Below the pieces are notes generated by a model. That model saw only the letters and a program-made list of their open reading frames with translations, was not told where the DNA came from and ran no database searches. This document shows, in pieces, positions 23,320-35,196 of a stretch of DNA of 64,000 bases. Position numbers and translations under genes: made by a program. The stretch is from Dicyema japonicum (taxonomy: Eukaryota; Animalia; Dicyemida). The stretch spans positions 15,516-79,515 of the forward strand of contig RDEW01000055.1 of assembly GCA_011109175.1 (NCBI GenBank), in the 5' to 3' direction. Every line of letters starts with the position of its first letter. Within the stretch, counting starts at the first letter, position 1.

Positions 23320-24685
23320 TCCGTTAAATAAGATAGAATTACACCCCAATACTTATTTGATAACATTGATAAATATAAATGTTTATTTTTGCAAAGAAAA
23401 TATTCATAAATTTCATTCTTCAATTTGTGCACTCCCGAAAGAACATTTCCTTTGGATAACCATCGGACTTCTATGTGATATAGTAAAACCTTCTCATCTG
23501 AACCAAATTCTTCACAAATTGAATAAAAAATTCGTGAATTTAAAGGACCTTTTTTGATATGATTGACAATTTTAATAACATCGTCGAAAAAATTTTCAAG
23601 TTCAAAAAGCATTGTCTTCACAGCAAAAGCATAACGATGCAACATGCAGTGAAGATGTTTCAAATTTTCATTGACAGATTGTACCTTACCTCGGAAACCA
23701 GAGTTACATCCAAGCATCGCTGGTGCTCAATCTGTGGTGCATGCACTAAGATTTTGCTACAATAGACCTATCATAAGTAAAAATTCAAAAATGTAACTTC
23801 TGTTTCAAAAAAACAATTAACTGCATCTAAAATATCCGAACCTTTTGTGTTTAAAGGTAAGGAATAATTGAACAAAAATTCTTCTTTAATATTTCCCATA
23901 TAAATATATCGAACATAAACGAGTAACTGACAGCAATTTGCTACATCTGGTGATTCATCCAATTGAATTGAACTTTTTTTAAAAACAGCACTTTTTATTT
24001 CAGTAATGGCCTAATAATAATTAAGCAAAAAAATAATTTGTTCTTTTATGTTTCCCTCGTATTCTTCTATTGATTGTATCATTTGAACAATGAATTTTTC
24101 GACCAGGGAAGCATTCAACAATGTCCGTAATACACAGTATAATCAGATTCTCGGCAATTGTATGCGGTTTTTTTGCTTTTGCGATTCGGTATGAAATCAT
24201 TTAAGAGATTTTTAATAATAGAAAATTAATGTCAAAATTGAATGAATCATCTATTTGCACAATATTATCTTTTTTGTTTTTAAAAAAATCATTTGGTTTT
24301 CCGATACTTTCGGGATGATTAGAAACTTGATGCCGAGAAAGTAATGAAGGCTTCGTGGATTCAGGGGAAAGAATCTTGTGACAAATAATACACTGCGGAT
24401 GTTTCACACCGTTTTTAATCACGAAATAAAATCCATAGTTGAGATAATTATCGTTGTATTTTCGAATCTTTTTAACCCGTAAACTCATAAGAAAAACTAG
24501 TATCGTGGAGATATCTTTTATTAAGAATTATTTATTTAATTTAATTATAATTTTTATTATAATAATAATTAATAATTTTTCAAGTTGAACCGAAAATCAA
24601 ATAGATTTTCAAAATTTTTTCGCGTACCCCCTATTGAATCTCGCGTACCACTAGGGGTACGCGTACCCCAGTTTGAGAACCACTG
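23320..24685 (-). mobile_element. hAT Buster/Charlie-type (ZBED5/8-like) transposon, 5' part
   Basis: 5' TIR CAGTGGTTCTCAAAC at 24685; zinc finger PQCIICHKILS..KPSLLSRH; MDESPDV..CQLLVYVRY, HCMLHR, EVRWLSKG. Confidence 0.9.
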
Positions 24686-24699
24686 NNNNNNATGCAACG

Positions 24700-26243
24700 T
24701 GCTTATATGTCGATGTGTGCTCCACCTGGAATTCAGAATAACAATAATATTATTAATAATAATAGACCTAGAGCAGGATGGACAACCGCATCGGAGAGGC
24801 AGACTTTCGAAGGACAGAACATCGTCTTTGCCATCGCAGAAGGGACTGAGTGCACGACCCGGGAGGACTAGGTTAAATCCGCTCTTTCCCAAGTGTTGGG
24901 AAGAGCTTCCAGGATTCCCAGAAATGGGTGGCCTACCCTTCTTCAGTGCTTCAATCGACGCTTTAGCTCGAACTTATCGTTGAATGCACTGAAGAAGCTG
25001 GCCAAGACCCCTCCTCCTGGCTCGCGGGGGAGTACTGGGGCTGCGGTTACGCCGACAGGATGCCCCCCGTGTTCTGAACAACACGAGCACCAGAGTAGCG
25101 AGTTATCGCTACTCTTGGAGGTTAAGGAGGTATTTAGTAGGCACATCTCTGCGAAGGGGGAGGACTGGCGCTGCGGTTACGCCGACAGGATGCCCCCCGT
25201 GTTCTGAACAACACGAGCACCAGAGTAGCGAGTTATCGCTACTCTTGCAGGTTAAGGAGGTATTTAGTAGGCACATCTCTGCGAATCGTGTTGTCCCCTT
25301 TGCGGACCGCAGAGTGACCCGAAAGATACCTCGGTGGCAACTCAGGAGTGACGTTATGAGTTGCATCAATCGGGCCATATCTTACGCGATCGTGCGTAAG
25401 GCTCCAGAGACAATGGACGAGATTTCTCTCTATTTGTACTCGGCACAGACAACCTACGAAGAGATAACCCAAAAGCCCAGGCCAAAGAGTAGGTGGAGGG
25501 AAAATTTTGCCGCTAAGATAGCCGCAAGAAAGGCCGAGCTGGAAGCGCTGACTGGGCACATTCATAATGTGAGCGATGGGCTCAAAGGCAAGACTCCCCC
25601 TTGGTGAGTACTGTACTTCGTCGAGAACGAGCTGCCAAATGGGACCTCAACGAGTTGAGGCGTGTCCGGCAGAGAGGGAAGAGCTGATTTTCGTTTATCA
25701 GAAGAAGCTCTCAACTTATGAGACTCTATACTAGCGTAGGCGAAAGAAGAACCTGTTCGAGTTTAGTCTTCGGTATTTCTATTGGAGCTACACGGAGAGA
25801 CGAAGGAGGGTACCAGCAGAAGGCCGAAATGCTTGACACATGGGGGAGTATGTGGGGGAGTCATTTACAAAGCCAAAGTAAAGATACTCCCAATTGTTCT
25901 TACCTGGGATGGAATTGTCTCCAGGTATTTCAAATCAAACATGGACATCATTGGGATTACGACCATCACCCGAGCGTACATCCAAACGATTGCGCTGAAG
26001 AAGACTTTAGAGAGCATGCTTGTAGAATATAAACACGGATTTGAGCAAATAACGATGGCGATTAACAGTAATTGGGAAATGATGAAGAATCCTCTTACTG
26101 GATGCAATTCGGGAAAGATGCGACGCGACACTAATAAAGAGTTGGAAGATCCAGAAAATAGGGAGGGAAGCGGGGATACTACCAAGAGAGTCCCAGAGGA
26201 TGGTGGCCTGGCCGGAGTGATCAGTACTAGATACATTAATTAG
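24700..26243 (+). mobile_element. R4/Dong-like RLE retrotransposon with large internal deletions and a 130-bp duplication
   Basis: ISLYLYSAQ...SRWRENFAAKI; C-terminus KVKILPIVLTWDGIVSRY...AYIQTIALKKTLES. CTGCGGTTAC occurs at 25041 and 25171. Confidence 0.65.
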
Positions 26244-26359
26244 ACGATATGACTATTGTTTGTCTCTCTTTCAGATAAATTATAAAATTTATATCATAAG
26301 TACAACAATGCACAACAACTAAACAATTCTCGTTTATCAGAAGAAGCTCTCAACTCATG

Positions 26360-26516
26360 GAGACATCCGGGGTCATCGGCCCGGAATCGCTTTCCTTCCT
26401 TCGTCGGCTGGGGACGAAGATTGCCAAGAAGAATAAGAATCCCAACGAGACTCGCCATCTCTTCCAAAGAGTCTCGTTGACGATCGTCCGAGGGAACTGC
26501 CAGGCCATCCTATGCT
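26360..26516 (+). mobile_element. CRE 3' end fragment
   Basis: ETSGVIGP...LFQRVSLTIVRGNCQAIL. Confidence 0.75.
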
Positions 26517-26589
26517 AGTTAAATCGGTTCAATTAACTAGTTAAATCTATAAAAAAAAAATTATATAGAAAATAAAGTTGTAAATAATA

Positions 26590-26808
26590 TTGAGGCCCTC
26601 TCTCGGATCCTTAAGCCTTCTCCCGATGGACAGCCCGACCTCGTTGAGGAACGAGTGAGTCCCCTTTCCCGCGGCTCCAGCGGTCTCCAGGGCGATTGGC
26701 ATAACACGGTAACGGTCCCCGAGGGCTGAATACTTTTGTAATTTTATCCTTTCGGCGTGGTTTGCAGCCAAGCAAGGGTTTGCAGCAGAAGAATCGATCC
26801 TCGACTTT
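26590..26808 (-). mobile_element. CRE RLE fragment
   Basis: AANHAERIKLQKYSALGDRYRVMPIALETAGA; near-identical to 21590-21779. Confidence 0.85.
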
Positions 26809-27069
26809 GTTTATTTTTTCAACTCTATACATTAACTACAATTCCCTCGCTGCTACTCACTCAGAAAAATCTGATTCCCGACAAAATTTCTTCCTCAGTG
26901 ATGATCATCGGTGTAAAGCTTCGGGGGCCGGCGGATGCAAAGTTGAAGTCCCGGAAGTACACTCGGCAACAGAGTCTCCGGGGCATAAGACACGGAGGGC
27001 AGCTCTCACGGCTCCTTCAAAAAGCTTTCGATTCACTCGCTTGATTATCCTTCCGATTCACTCGCTTAT

Positions 27070-27552
27070 TTGGTTCAAACGTGCATACCTTAGCACTCAG
27101 CCATCGGGGCTTTTCTTTTTTCAACTCTATACATTAACCCCAACTCAAAAGTGGCCTCTTCTGGATTCGAACCCATGACCTTTGGTTCAAACGTGCATAG
27201 CTTAGCACTCAGCCATCGGGGCTTTTCTTTTTTCAACTCTATACATTAACCCCAACTCAAAAGTGGCCTCTTCTGGATTCGAACCCATGACCTTTGGTTC
27301 AAACGTGCATACCTAAGCACTCAGCCATCGGGGCTTTTATTTTTTCAACTCTATACATTAACCCCAACTCAAAAGTGGCCTCTTCTGGATTCGAACCCAG
27401 GACATTTGGTTTAAACGTGCATACCTAAGCACTCAGCCATCGGGGCTTTTCTTTTTTCAACTCCATACATTAACCCCAACTCAAAAGTGGCCTCTTCTGG
27501 ATTCGAACCCATGACCTTTGGTTCAAACGTGCATAGCTTAGCACTCAGCCAT
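27070..27552 (-). repeat. 112-bp tandem array of tRNA-like Pol III units (runs into a gap)
   Basis: TTGGTT register at 27070, 27182, 27294, 27406 and 27518. Minus-strand unit GCCCCGATGGCTGAGTGCTAAG..GGTTCGAATCC..GGCCAC-TTTT has an A-box, a B-box and a T4 terminator. Confidence 0.85.
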
Positions 27553-28073
27553 NNNNNNNNNNNNNNNNNNNNNNNNNNNNNNNNNNNNNNNNNNNNNNNN
27601 NNNNNNNNNNNNNNNNNNNNNNNNNNNNNNNNNNNNNNNNNNNNNNNNNNNNNNNNNNNNNNNNNNNNNNNNNNNNNNNNNNNNNNNNNNNNNNNNNNNN
27701 NNNNNNNNNNNNNNNNNNNNNNNNNNNNNNNNNNNNNNNNNNNNNNNNNNNNNNNNNNNNNNNNNNNNNNNNNNNNNNNNNNNNNNNNNNNNNNNNNNNN
27801 NNNNNNNNNNNNNNNNNNNNNNNNNNNNNNNNNNNNNNNNNNNNNNNNNNNNNNNNNNNNNNNNNNNNNNNNNNNNNNNNNNNNNNNNNNNNNNNNNNNN
27901 NNNNNNNNNNNNNNNNNNNNNNNNNNNNNNNNNNNNNNNNNNNNNNNNNNNNNNNNNNNNNNNNNNNNNNNNNNNNNNNNNNNNNNNNNNNNNNNNNNNN
28001 NNNNNNNNNNNNNNNNNNNNNNNNNNNNNNNNNNNNNNNNNNNNNNNNNNNNNNNNNNNNNNNNNNNNNNNNN

Positions 28074-28640
28074 TTATTTATTTATTTATTGTTACCCCAG
28101 GATCACCGGGTTATAAGGAAAGAGAGAAAAGTCCTAGCTAACTAAGTGATCCCAGACCATAACAGAGAAGGTTTTGTCCGACGTGGACGAGAGTCCTGGA
28201 TGGCTCTCCAGAAAGGACATGTCGATAGCTCCCAGCGGGGACGATTTTTGAGGTAGTTAGAGAACGATTCATATAGGGGACTCGCAGGGGTAGAGGCTGC
28301 CCTCACCATTTTTTGTTGCCTTTTGATGAGGACCTCTTCCAGGGTGTTGGTCAGCAGGTTTCGGCCAATTAGTCTTTTCGTGGTTTCATGAATCGTGGAT
28401 AGTTTTATTAGGGTGGAGCGGGAAATGGCCATCGACCACGATTCGCTTGCGTAGGTTAAAGTCGGTTGTATGAATTGATGATAGACCGTGGATAGGGTCT
28501 TAGCGTTCCTTCCGAGGGGTTTTGAAATCAGCTTCAGGATCCTCATTTTCGTGAGTGCTGCAGTGACCCTGTTTTCGACATGTTTTGCAAATTTGAGTCC
28601 TTGATCGAAGGTCACTCCAAGGATCGTAGGCGTGCCGTAA
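28074..28640 (-). mobile_element. Jockey/I-group LINE 3' end
   Basis: LGVTFDQGLKFAKHV...FIQPTLTYASESW; tail CCGGTGATCCTGGGGTAACAATAAATAAATAA. Confidence 0.8.
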
Positions 28641-28678
28641 AAGGTATTGTCTGGACTTAGTTAGGAAATTAATTATTA

Positions 28679-29192
28679 TGTCACATGGGCAGCCTGCTAC
28701 ATTTTTTGACTCTGAAGATTTTAAATCGAATTACATGAATTTTCAATAGATTCTGGAGTCGAACAATTAACCAAATCTTCTATTTGTTCCGAAGCCACAC
28801 ACTCATCACTTAAATTATCTAAGACATAATGTGATATATGTATAACCATGTATTATTGAATTTATTCCCTTTATTCCTCGATATCTTTCGAAAGGACTTT
28901 CGTTCGAAGATGAATGGACAGATATGTTATAACTGTACACAGCATTTTCTAATTTATCGACCCACTTTTTTCACTGTTTTCCATCATTTTTGACAACTTC
29001 CTGGTTATCGTTTGATTAAATCTTTCGACAATTCCTTGAGCCCGAGGATTATTTGGCCTTCCGTGGATTTGTTTGATGTTGAAATCAACGCATAGTTGGA
29101 AAAAAATTTTAAAAATGTCGGATAATCAAAAGCCATCTTCAAGGTCAAAAATGTAGCAGGCTGCCCATGCGTAGCAGGCTGCCCATGTGACA
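28679..29192 (-). mobile_element. Non-autonomous Ginger/TDD-like element, 514 bp
   Basis: TIR TGTCACATGGGCAGCCTGCTAC; 5-bp TSD TATTA at 28674-28678 and 29193-29197; internal integrase remnants HGRPNNPRAQG and WVDKLENAVYSYNISVHS. Confidence 0.85.
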
Positions 29193-29399
29193 TATTATTA
29201 TTATTAAACAGCAAGACCACGGTAAAAACGGAACAAAAGTCACGTGATCCCGATGCACTCAACCAGGGCTCCGCATCCTCGCTCGGTGCTCTTCTCAATT
29301 AGTTAATTATTTTTCTTTTACCCAAACGTTAACACTAATTTATTTTAATATCATTACATAATATTTTCAAACAAGAATTATATGTAATAAAATGTCAGG

Positions 29400-30220
29400 C
29401 GACTTTCGAACACCTGGCTTCTGTTTCTAATCAACACCGACTCGCTTGCTTCCGTGCTGGTCGCTGTCAAAGCAGCGGTGTTTGGTTAAAGGCTCTCCCT
29501 TTCTCTTCCATCGGGAATCTGGTGGACAGTGATTGTCTAAGCATCGAAATTTCTCTCCGTGTCGGGCTGAAGATCTGTCAGGCGTACAAATGCCGCTGTG
29601 GGAGAACTGTTGACGAATACGGTTTGCACCCTCTCGCTTGCCGTCGGAGTGCTAGTCGTGCTCTTCGCCACAGTGAACTCAACGCTATCATACAGAGGGC
29701 CATCGCTTCCTCTGGTTTTCTGTCAATCCTCGAACCCGTTGGGTTGGATAGGGTAGACGTCAAACGCCCAGACGGCCTGTCTACGTTTCCATACGAGCAA
29801 GGGAAATCCCTTATTTGGGATTCCCCTTGCTCAGGCACTTTCTCGCGCGGAAATCTTGCTCTTTGCATTGGGGTCACCTGATTAATTAGTTTCTACGTTT
29901 TGGACGGTGATCTTGGTTTTAATAATAATCTCGCTCTGTCCGCTGTTGATCCTGGCCACGCTTCGAGGCTGGCCGAGGATCGCAAGATTCTCAAGTACGG
30001 GCACCTCTCGAACTCGCTTTTTTACTCCAATTGATTTGGAGTCTTTCGGGATCTTCGGCCCCAAAACCTCCGCTTCGCCTCGCTCGACGGATATCAAGGA
30101 TAAGACACGATTCCAGAGAGTCATCTTGGCTCTTGGAACGTCTGTCGATCGCTGTGATCCGTGAAAATGGCTTTGCAATTCGCGAGGCTGGCCAAGCGTC
30201 TCGTGTGGCCAAGAGATAGT
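29400..30220 (+). mobile_element. CRE 3' region(s) (CCHC + RLE)
   Basis: SSGVWL, CQAYKCRCGRTVDEYGLHPLAC, RHSELNAII, KRPDGLSTFPY..LIWD, WLLERLSIAVIR. Confidence 0.85.
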
Positions 30221-30331
30221 TAATCTCTCCCCGTTTTGTTAACCAGAAATGTTTAATAAAAAATAGTCAATTTTAATTAATCTAACATCAGGCAAAACCG
30301 GCTCGTAGGATTGAGAGACAATTACATAATA

Positions 30332-31544
30332 TGTCACAGGTAATCTATCTCCGCGTTTTCGTCATCTCCCTCAAATTGATCCGCACTCTTTGAATCATGA
30401 ATGTCCAACTCGCATAAAAACTTCAAACGGTTTATGTCGAGTTGTCTCATGTACGGCCATGTTATAGTCGTAAACAATTTTTTTCAGTATTTTTAAGATA
30501 ATTTCCAAAGTGATTGTTTGGATTCGCTGGTGGATGATATCCATCTCTTTATAGATTGGTTGAATCTTTAAAATTAAATAGTTCCTAAGTACCTTTCGAC
30601 TTGACCCCGTACCCAAGGAGCTCGTGGCCGACCAAAACATGCTTGATTTTGAAAAGTTCACACACTTCATCCAAATAGGAGTTTTTAAACTCTGTTCCAT
30701 TGTCAGTGTGCAATATAATTGGCGGCCCAATTACACAGAAAATCCCCTTTAAGATATTTGGAAATTTCAATCGCAGATTTTGATTTTGCAGTTTCAACCA
30801 CACCAAATTTAGAGAAAGAGTCAATAAGTACGACAATCTTTCTATAAAATATATAGGAAACCTAACCCATGAGAACGAGTCGTTTATTTCCAGAGTATCT
30901 TCGTAGATCCACGAGATCGACAATATATCTGTCCCAGGGGCATAAGCAATTATAGGTGTAATGGGAGGTTTAGATGCCATTAACACTTTAGACTACAAAT
31001 TAAATGACTTAACTTTCCTAGCAAAAAACGCACTGTCCGATAACTTTACAAACTTCTTGTCTTTTTATTCCATATATTTTAGATGATAATAAAGTAAGAG
31101 GCTTATCTCTACCAAAATGGTTAGAATTGTGCTCAGCCTTAAAATTCTAATCAATACGTTAACCTCAATAGTTTTCATCTTTAATTCAGCTTCGTCGGTT
31201 GCAAAGAACCTCAAAAGTTTCCCTTTTCCAAAATAAAAACTTTTTCCTCGTCAAATTGGAAAATCTTCGAGAAACTTCTGATGCGAAAGCGTTCCTTCTT
31301 TGACAATCCTTCGTCTAAACAAACGGAATCTTTATAAATCTTAATTTTTGAAACCATTTCTTTTGATAATCCAATAAAAAACCATTGTAACGTGTTAATT
31401 AATTATAATTAATTATTGATTTTTAATTAAATTAATTAACGAAAAATGATTTTCCAATGAAAATTTAATCAAAAAAATTATTGTTTATTAAAAATAACAA
31501 CTCGGGTTCCGGCTTCGGCGCGGTTCCGCCTCCTACCGGTGACA
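30332..31544 (-). mobile_element. Ginger/TDD-like DDE integrase transposon with both ends, 1213 bp, frameshifted
   Basis: TIR TGTCAC(A/C)GGTA; 5-bp TSD TAATA at 30327-30331 and 31545-31549; IILHTDNGTEFKN; GT-AG introns at 30842-30866 and 30566-30592. Confidence 0.85.
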
Positions 31545-31589
31545 TAATATTATTTTGAAATAATATTATTTTTGAACACGTGATACTTA

Positions 31590-32100
31590 TCTTTGTGTAA
31601 TACCTTCCAAGATTTCTATTGAAACAAAAGTTAAAATTGCAAAGTGTCTACAAACTTCTTCTGAAAGAGAAGTTGCAAAAGAATCCAAGATAAGCAAAGG
31701 CACTATTTTTTGAATCAAAAAAAACATTTCTTTCTTCATTAATACCGGATCAGTCATTTCGAGATTAGCTCAAACAGATCAAGTTGAACTAGTTCCTAAT
31801 GAAGTAAATCAATTTGAAAAGTCTGAAGAATTAATTTTTAAGCTTTTCGTCGATTGAGGGAGGATTCCTTTTCTATTTCAGATTCATTAATCAAAAGCAT
31901 CGCGAAAAAATATCCACAAAATTGAATTATCTAACATCTTTTTAAAGCCTCAAACAGTTTGTTAGACAGGTTTAAGAAGAGACATGGTCTGGTTTTTTAA
32001 AACCATTTGTAGTGAAGAAAATTCAGCAGACAAAGTAATTTGCCAAATTTTTTTCTTTCAATTCGATAATTCATTGAAAACCTATGGTCATGAAAATATT
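31590..32100 (+). mobile_element. pogo/Tigger N-terminal HTH remnant
   Basis: ISIETKVKI..EREVAKESKISKGTI and FKASN..LDRFKKRHG-like readings. Confidence 0.55.
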
Positions 32101-32154
32101 TTTAATTTTTTTTTGATAAATTATTTTTTTTATACAACAAAACGGGGGAAAGCT

Positions 32155-35100
32155 TAACTAAGTTAGTTAGTTAGTTAGTTAATAGCATTTCCGCGTTGCC
32201 ATAAGCACGTAAGTGCCTAAGGTTTCGCTCATGCCGTACTCTCAACTATCCTCCCAGCCAGTCCTTTCCATCTAGCCTTGTTCCTCGCGCGTTTACGAAT
32301 GTCCTCAAGATCGTCACCAGTTTTAAGTCGGCCGCCCAATTCTCGCGTAATCATCCCTCAGGCAGAGGGGAAGCGTGCATTTGGCCGACCCCGAAATCCA
32401 ATTCCGTGATTAGAGAAGTATTCTTCCATGATTTGATTGCAAGGAATCGTTTCGTCCATTTCAGAACATGTCCGAAAAAAATCTCCAGCGTGAGGTAGTA
32501 ACTTCCTTGCTAATCGGCTTGCATTTACATAATTTGTAGAGAGTGTCGTTTTTGATGATCTGTGGCCATTTGATACCCGCGATTTTTCTCAATTGCTTTC
32601 TATGAAAAGCGTCTAGTCTGCCAAAGTCCGTTCTCGATGTTCCTCATGTTCCCGAGTTGTATAATAGGATTGGTTGTACGAAGGCATTATACAGTCGTAT
32701 CCGAAGATTCAGAAAAATAAGTTTTCTAAGTGTCCAGATACTCCACATCTTTTTTAGTGCACTTGATGCCAAAATTTTTCTGCGGGAAATATCCTCAGCA
32801 TCTCACAAAAGAGACCCGAGCCTTTTAGTAAACTTCTACTTTTCATCATTCCGTGTCGACAGCCGCTGAATGAAGTTAAGTCTATCTTTTCCGAATTGAT
32901 TTTCAGGGACCATCTCTTCAGAACTGTTGTGGCTTTGTCTACTACAGTTCTTAGAATCTCCACATCCTCAGATACAAAATCGATGTCATCAGCGTATATC
33001 AGTTCCACAAAATGATTATTTAAGTGATGCAATTCCTTTCTAACATCCCTCAACGCGGCTTCCAAATAGATTACAAAAAGAACTGGCGAAAGAGAGTCTC
33101 CTTGCGGAGTACCAATCCTGGTGGTAAATTTATTTGAATGGTCTCTCCCCATTTTCACTACGAGGCTTGTATCAGCCAGCAGAAAACGCACAATCCTCAA
33201 AGAGTCTTCATCAACAATATCCTCGAGAACCCGCAATAGTTTATCTCGACAGATACAGTCGAACGCTCTTGATAGGTCAACTCCCAAAATGTGCATTGTT
33301 TTCCTGTACTTCTGGCATATGGCCGTAAGCCACCGAACTCCATACTATATCAGCGGTTGATCTTCCCGGTCTGAATCCGCTTTGACTTGGCGACAAGTAT
33401 TGATCAACTGATTTGGATATACGATTCAATATTATAATAGACAGAGTTTTTCGCAACGTGGTCAAAAGCACGATTGGCCTGAGGTTTTCAATTGGACCTG
33501 CGGGTTTGCCAGGTCTTTGCAGAGAAGTAGAACTCCCATCGCGAGTTCAATTGGACAATGAGTCCTGAATATCTCGTTGAATATAAAAGTTATCCTTTCT
33601 GCGAGCTCGGTCGGTGCGTATTTCAACAATTCTCCGCAAATATTATCATAACCAGCTGCCCTGTTGTTATTCAGTCGAAGCATTGCTGCACGAATTTCGG
33701 ACTCTGTAAATATTGTTCAGTGAACGAGGCTGTCCTTCGAATTGTGAGAGCGATGAAGTATTCTCTCGATTGAACTGATTGCTAAAGTGTCGGGCTATAA
33801 GTTCAGCCGAGCGCTTAGCGTCCAATACAAAATGACCAAACTCATCTTGAATTTTTGGATTTGTTTTAGCTGACCCGCGTTTGAGTAAACGCACAGCCAT
33901 AAACATTTTTGCACCTGAATGTAGCCTCTCCACTTCTATTATACGCTGGTCCAGGAAGTCCGACCATGATTGAAGCACATTCCTTTTGATTTCGTGTTGG
34001 ATTTTATTCCGCTGTTTTCTTAATTCGGATTTCCGTTCAGGATCACAAGTTTCCATTTGGAGTCTTAAATCTCGTTACGTATGGACAATTCAATGACTGT
34101 CGAGTTGTATGGTCCTTTATACCTTCCCTTCAGTGTAGTTTCGTGAATCCCAACAGTTTCTTTGGCAGTCGTTATTATAGCTTCTGAAGTTCTTTTCCAC
34201 ACTATGTGGGGTAAGCCATCATGGGAATGTTGGAAAGAAAGATAATAAACCAATCGCTGCTGGTATTTCGTGATGAGTGCAGGGTTGTTTGTTAGTTCTT
34301 CACCCCAATCCTTTGCGTTTTTCTAGCATGTGCATGATTTGCATATAACATTCTGTAAAGCCTTATCAGATGTAATCTGCTGACTACGATCTTATGATCC
34401 CTGCGTGTCAGGGCTCCTCCAAACAAACGGAAGTAGACTAGTAATCTCTTCTGGGACTGCTTGCACAGAATATAATCTATTTGATTATATCTTTTTAGTT
34501 CCTCTCCTTCTTAGTTTTTTCTACAACCTACCCAGGTTGTGGCGGCGTGCTGAAAAGCCGTGTTGCACAGAAACAAATCGTAGGCATTACAAAAGTCGAT
34601 CATAAGATTTCCAGAGAAATTTCGGTATCCCCTTCCGTGATTACCAATGCAGCGTTCACCCCTGCGTTTAATTCCTGCCTTTGAGTTTCAGTCTCTCGCA
34701 ACAAAAATTAGCATGGACGAGGAGAGTTTGGAGTACACTTCCGATAAACTCGTATAGAAATCATCAAGCTCATTCATACAAGCCGATAATCTTCCCGTGT
34801 TGGGTGGATACACATTTATGACAGTCATAATCGATTTCTTATTACGTGATCCGGTATTAAGTTGGATAATGGCGATTCGATCTGTTACCCTCCATACTTT
34901 AAGTAGCCGATCCACAGGTGAGATGTGTATAGCGAAGCCCATCCCATAATGACGGGAGTCGGACGGTAATAGTATTAACCGGTAATTGTCATAACATACA
35001 TCTCGTTCCACAGAAACCTTCGTCTCTTGCAGGCATGCCACGCTGGTTTTGTATCTTTCCAGATCCTTACATAGAATGTTCTGTTTGATGTTTGAGGCAA

Positions 35101-35190
35101 TTCCTCTGACATTGAAAGATGTAATGGAGAAAAGCGTAGGATGGACAGATCGAGAGTACGATAAAGACATAACAAAGTGAGAAGTGTCAA
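32155..35190 (-). mobile_element. Near full-length RTE-clade LINE (APE + RT), frameshifted
   Basis: SFNVRG..ACLQET (APE); QSGFRPGRSTAD, GVDLSRAFD, GTPQGDSLSP, IYADD; 3' tail (AACT)n at 32158-32181. Confidence 0.9.
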
Positions 35191-35196
35191 CCAATT

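Noticed and set aside
27151-27222. Functional tRNA genes
   Set aside because: Acceptor, anticodon and T stems do not pair adequately.
32158-32181. Interstitial telomere (TTAG)n
   Set aside because: Short, and located exactly at the 3' tail of an RTE, which typically ends in microsatellites.
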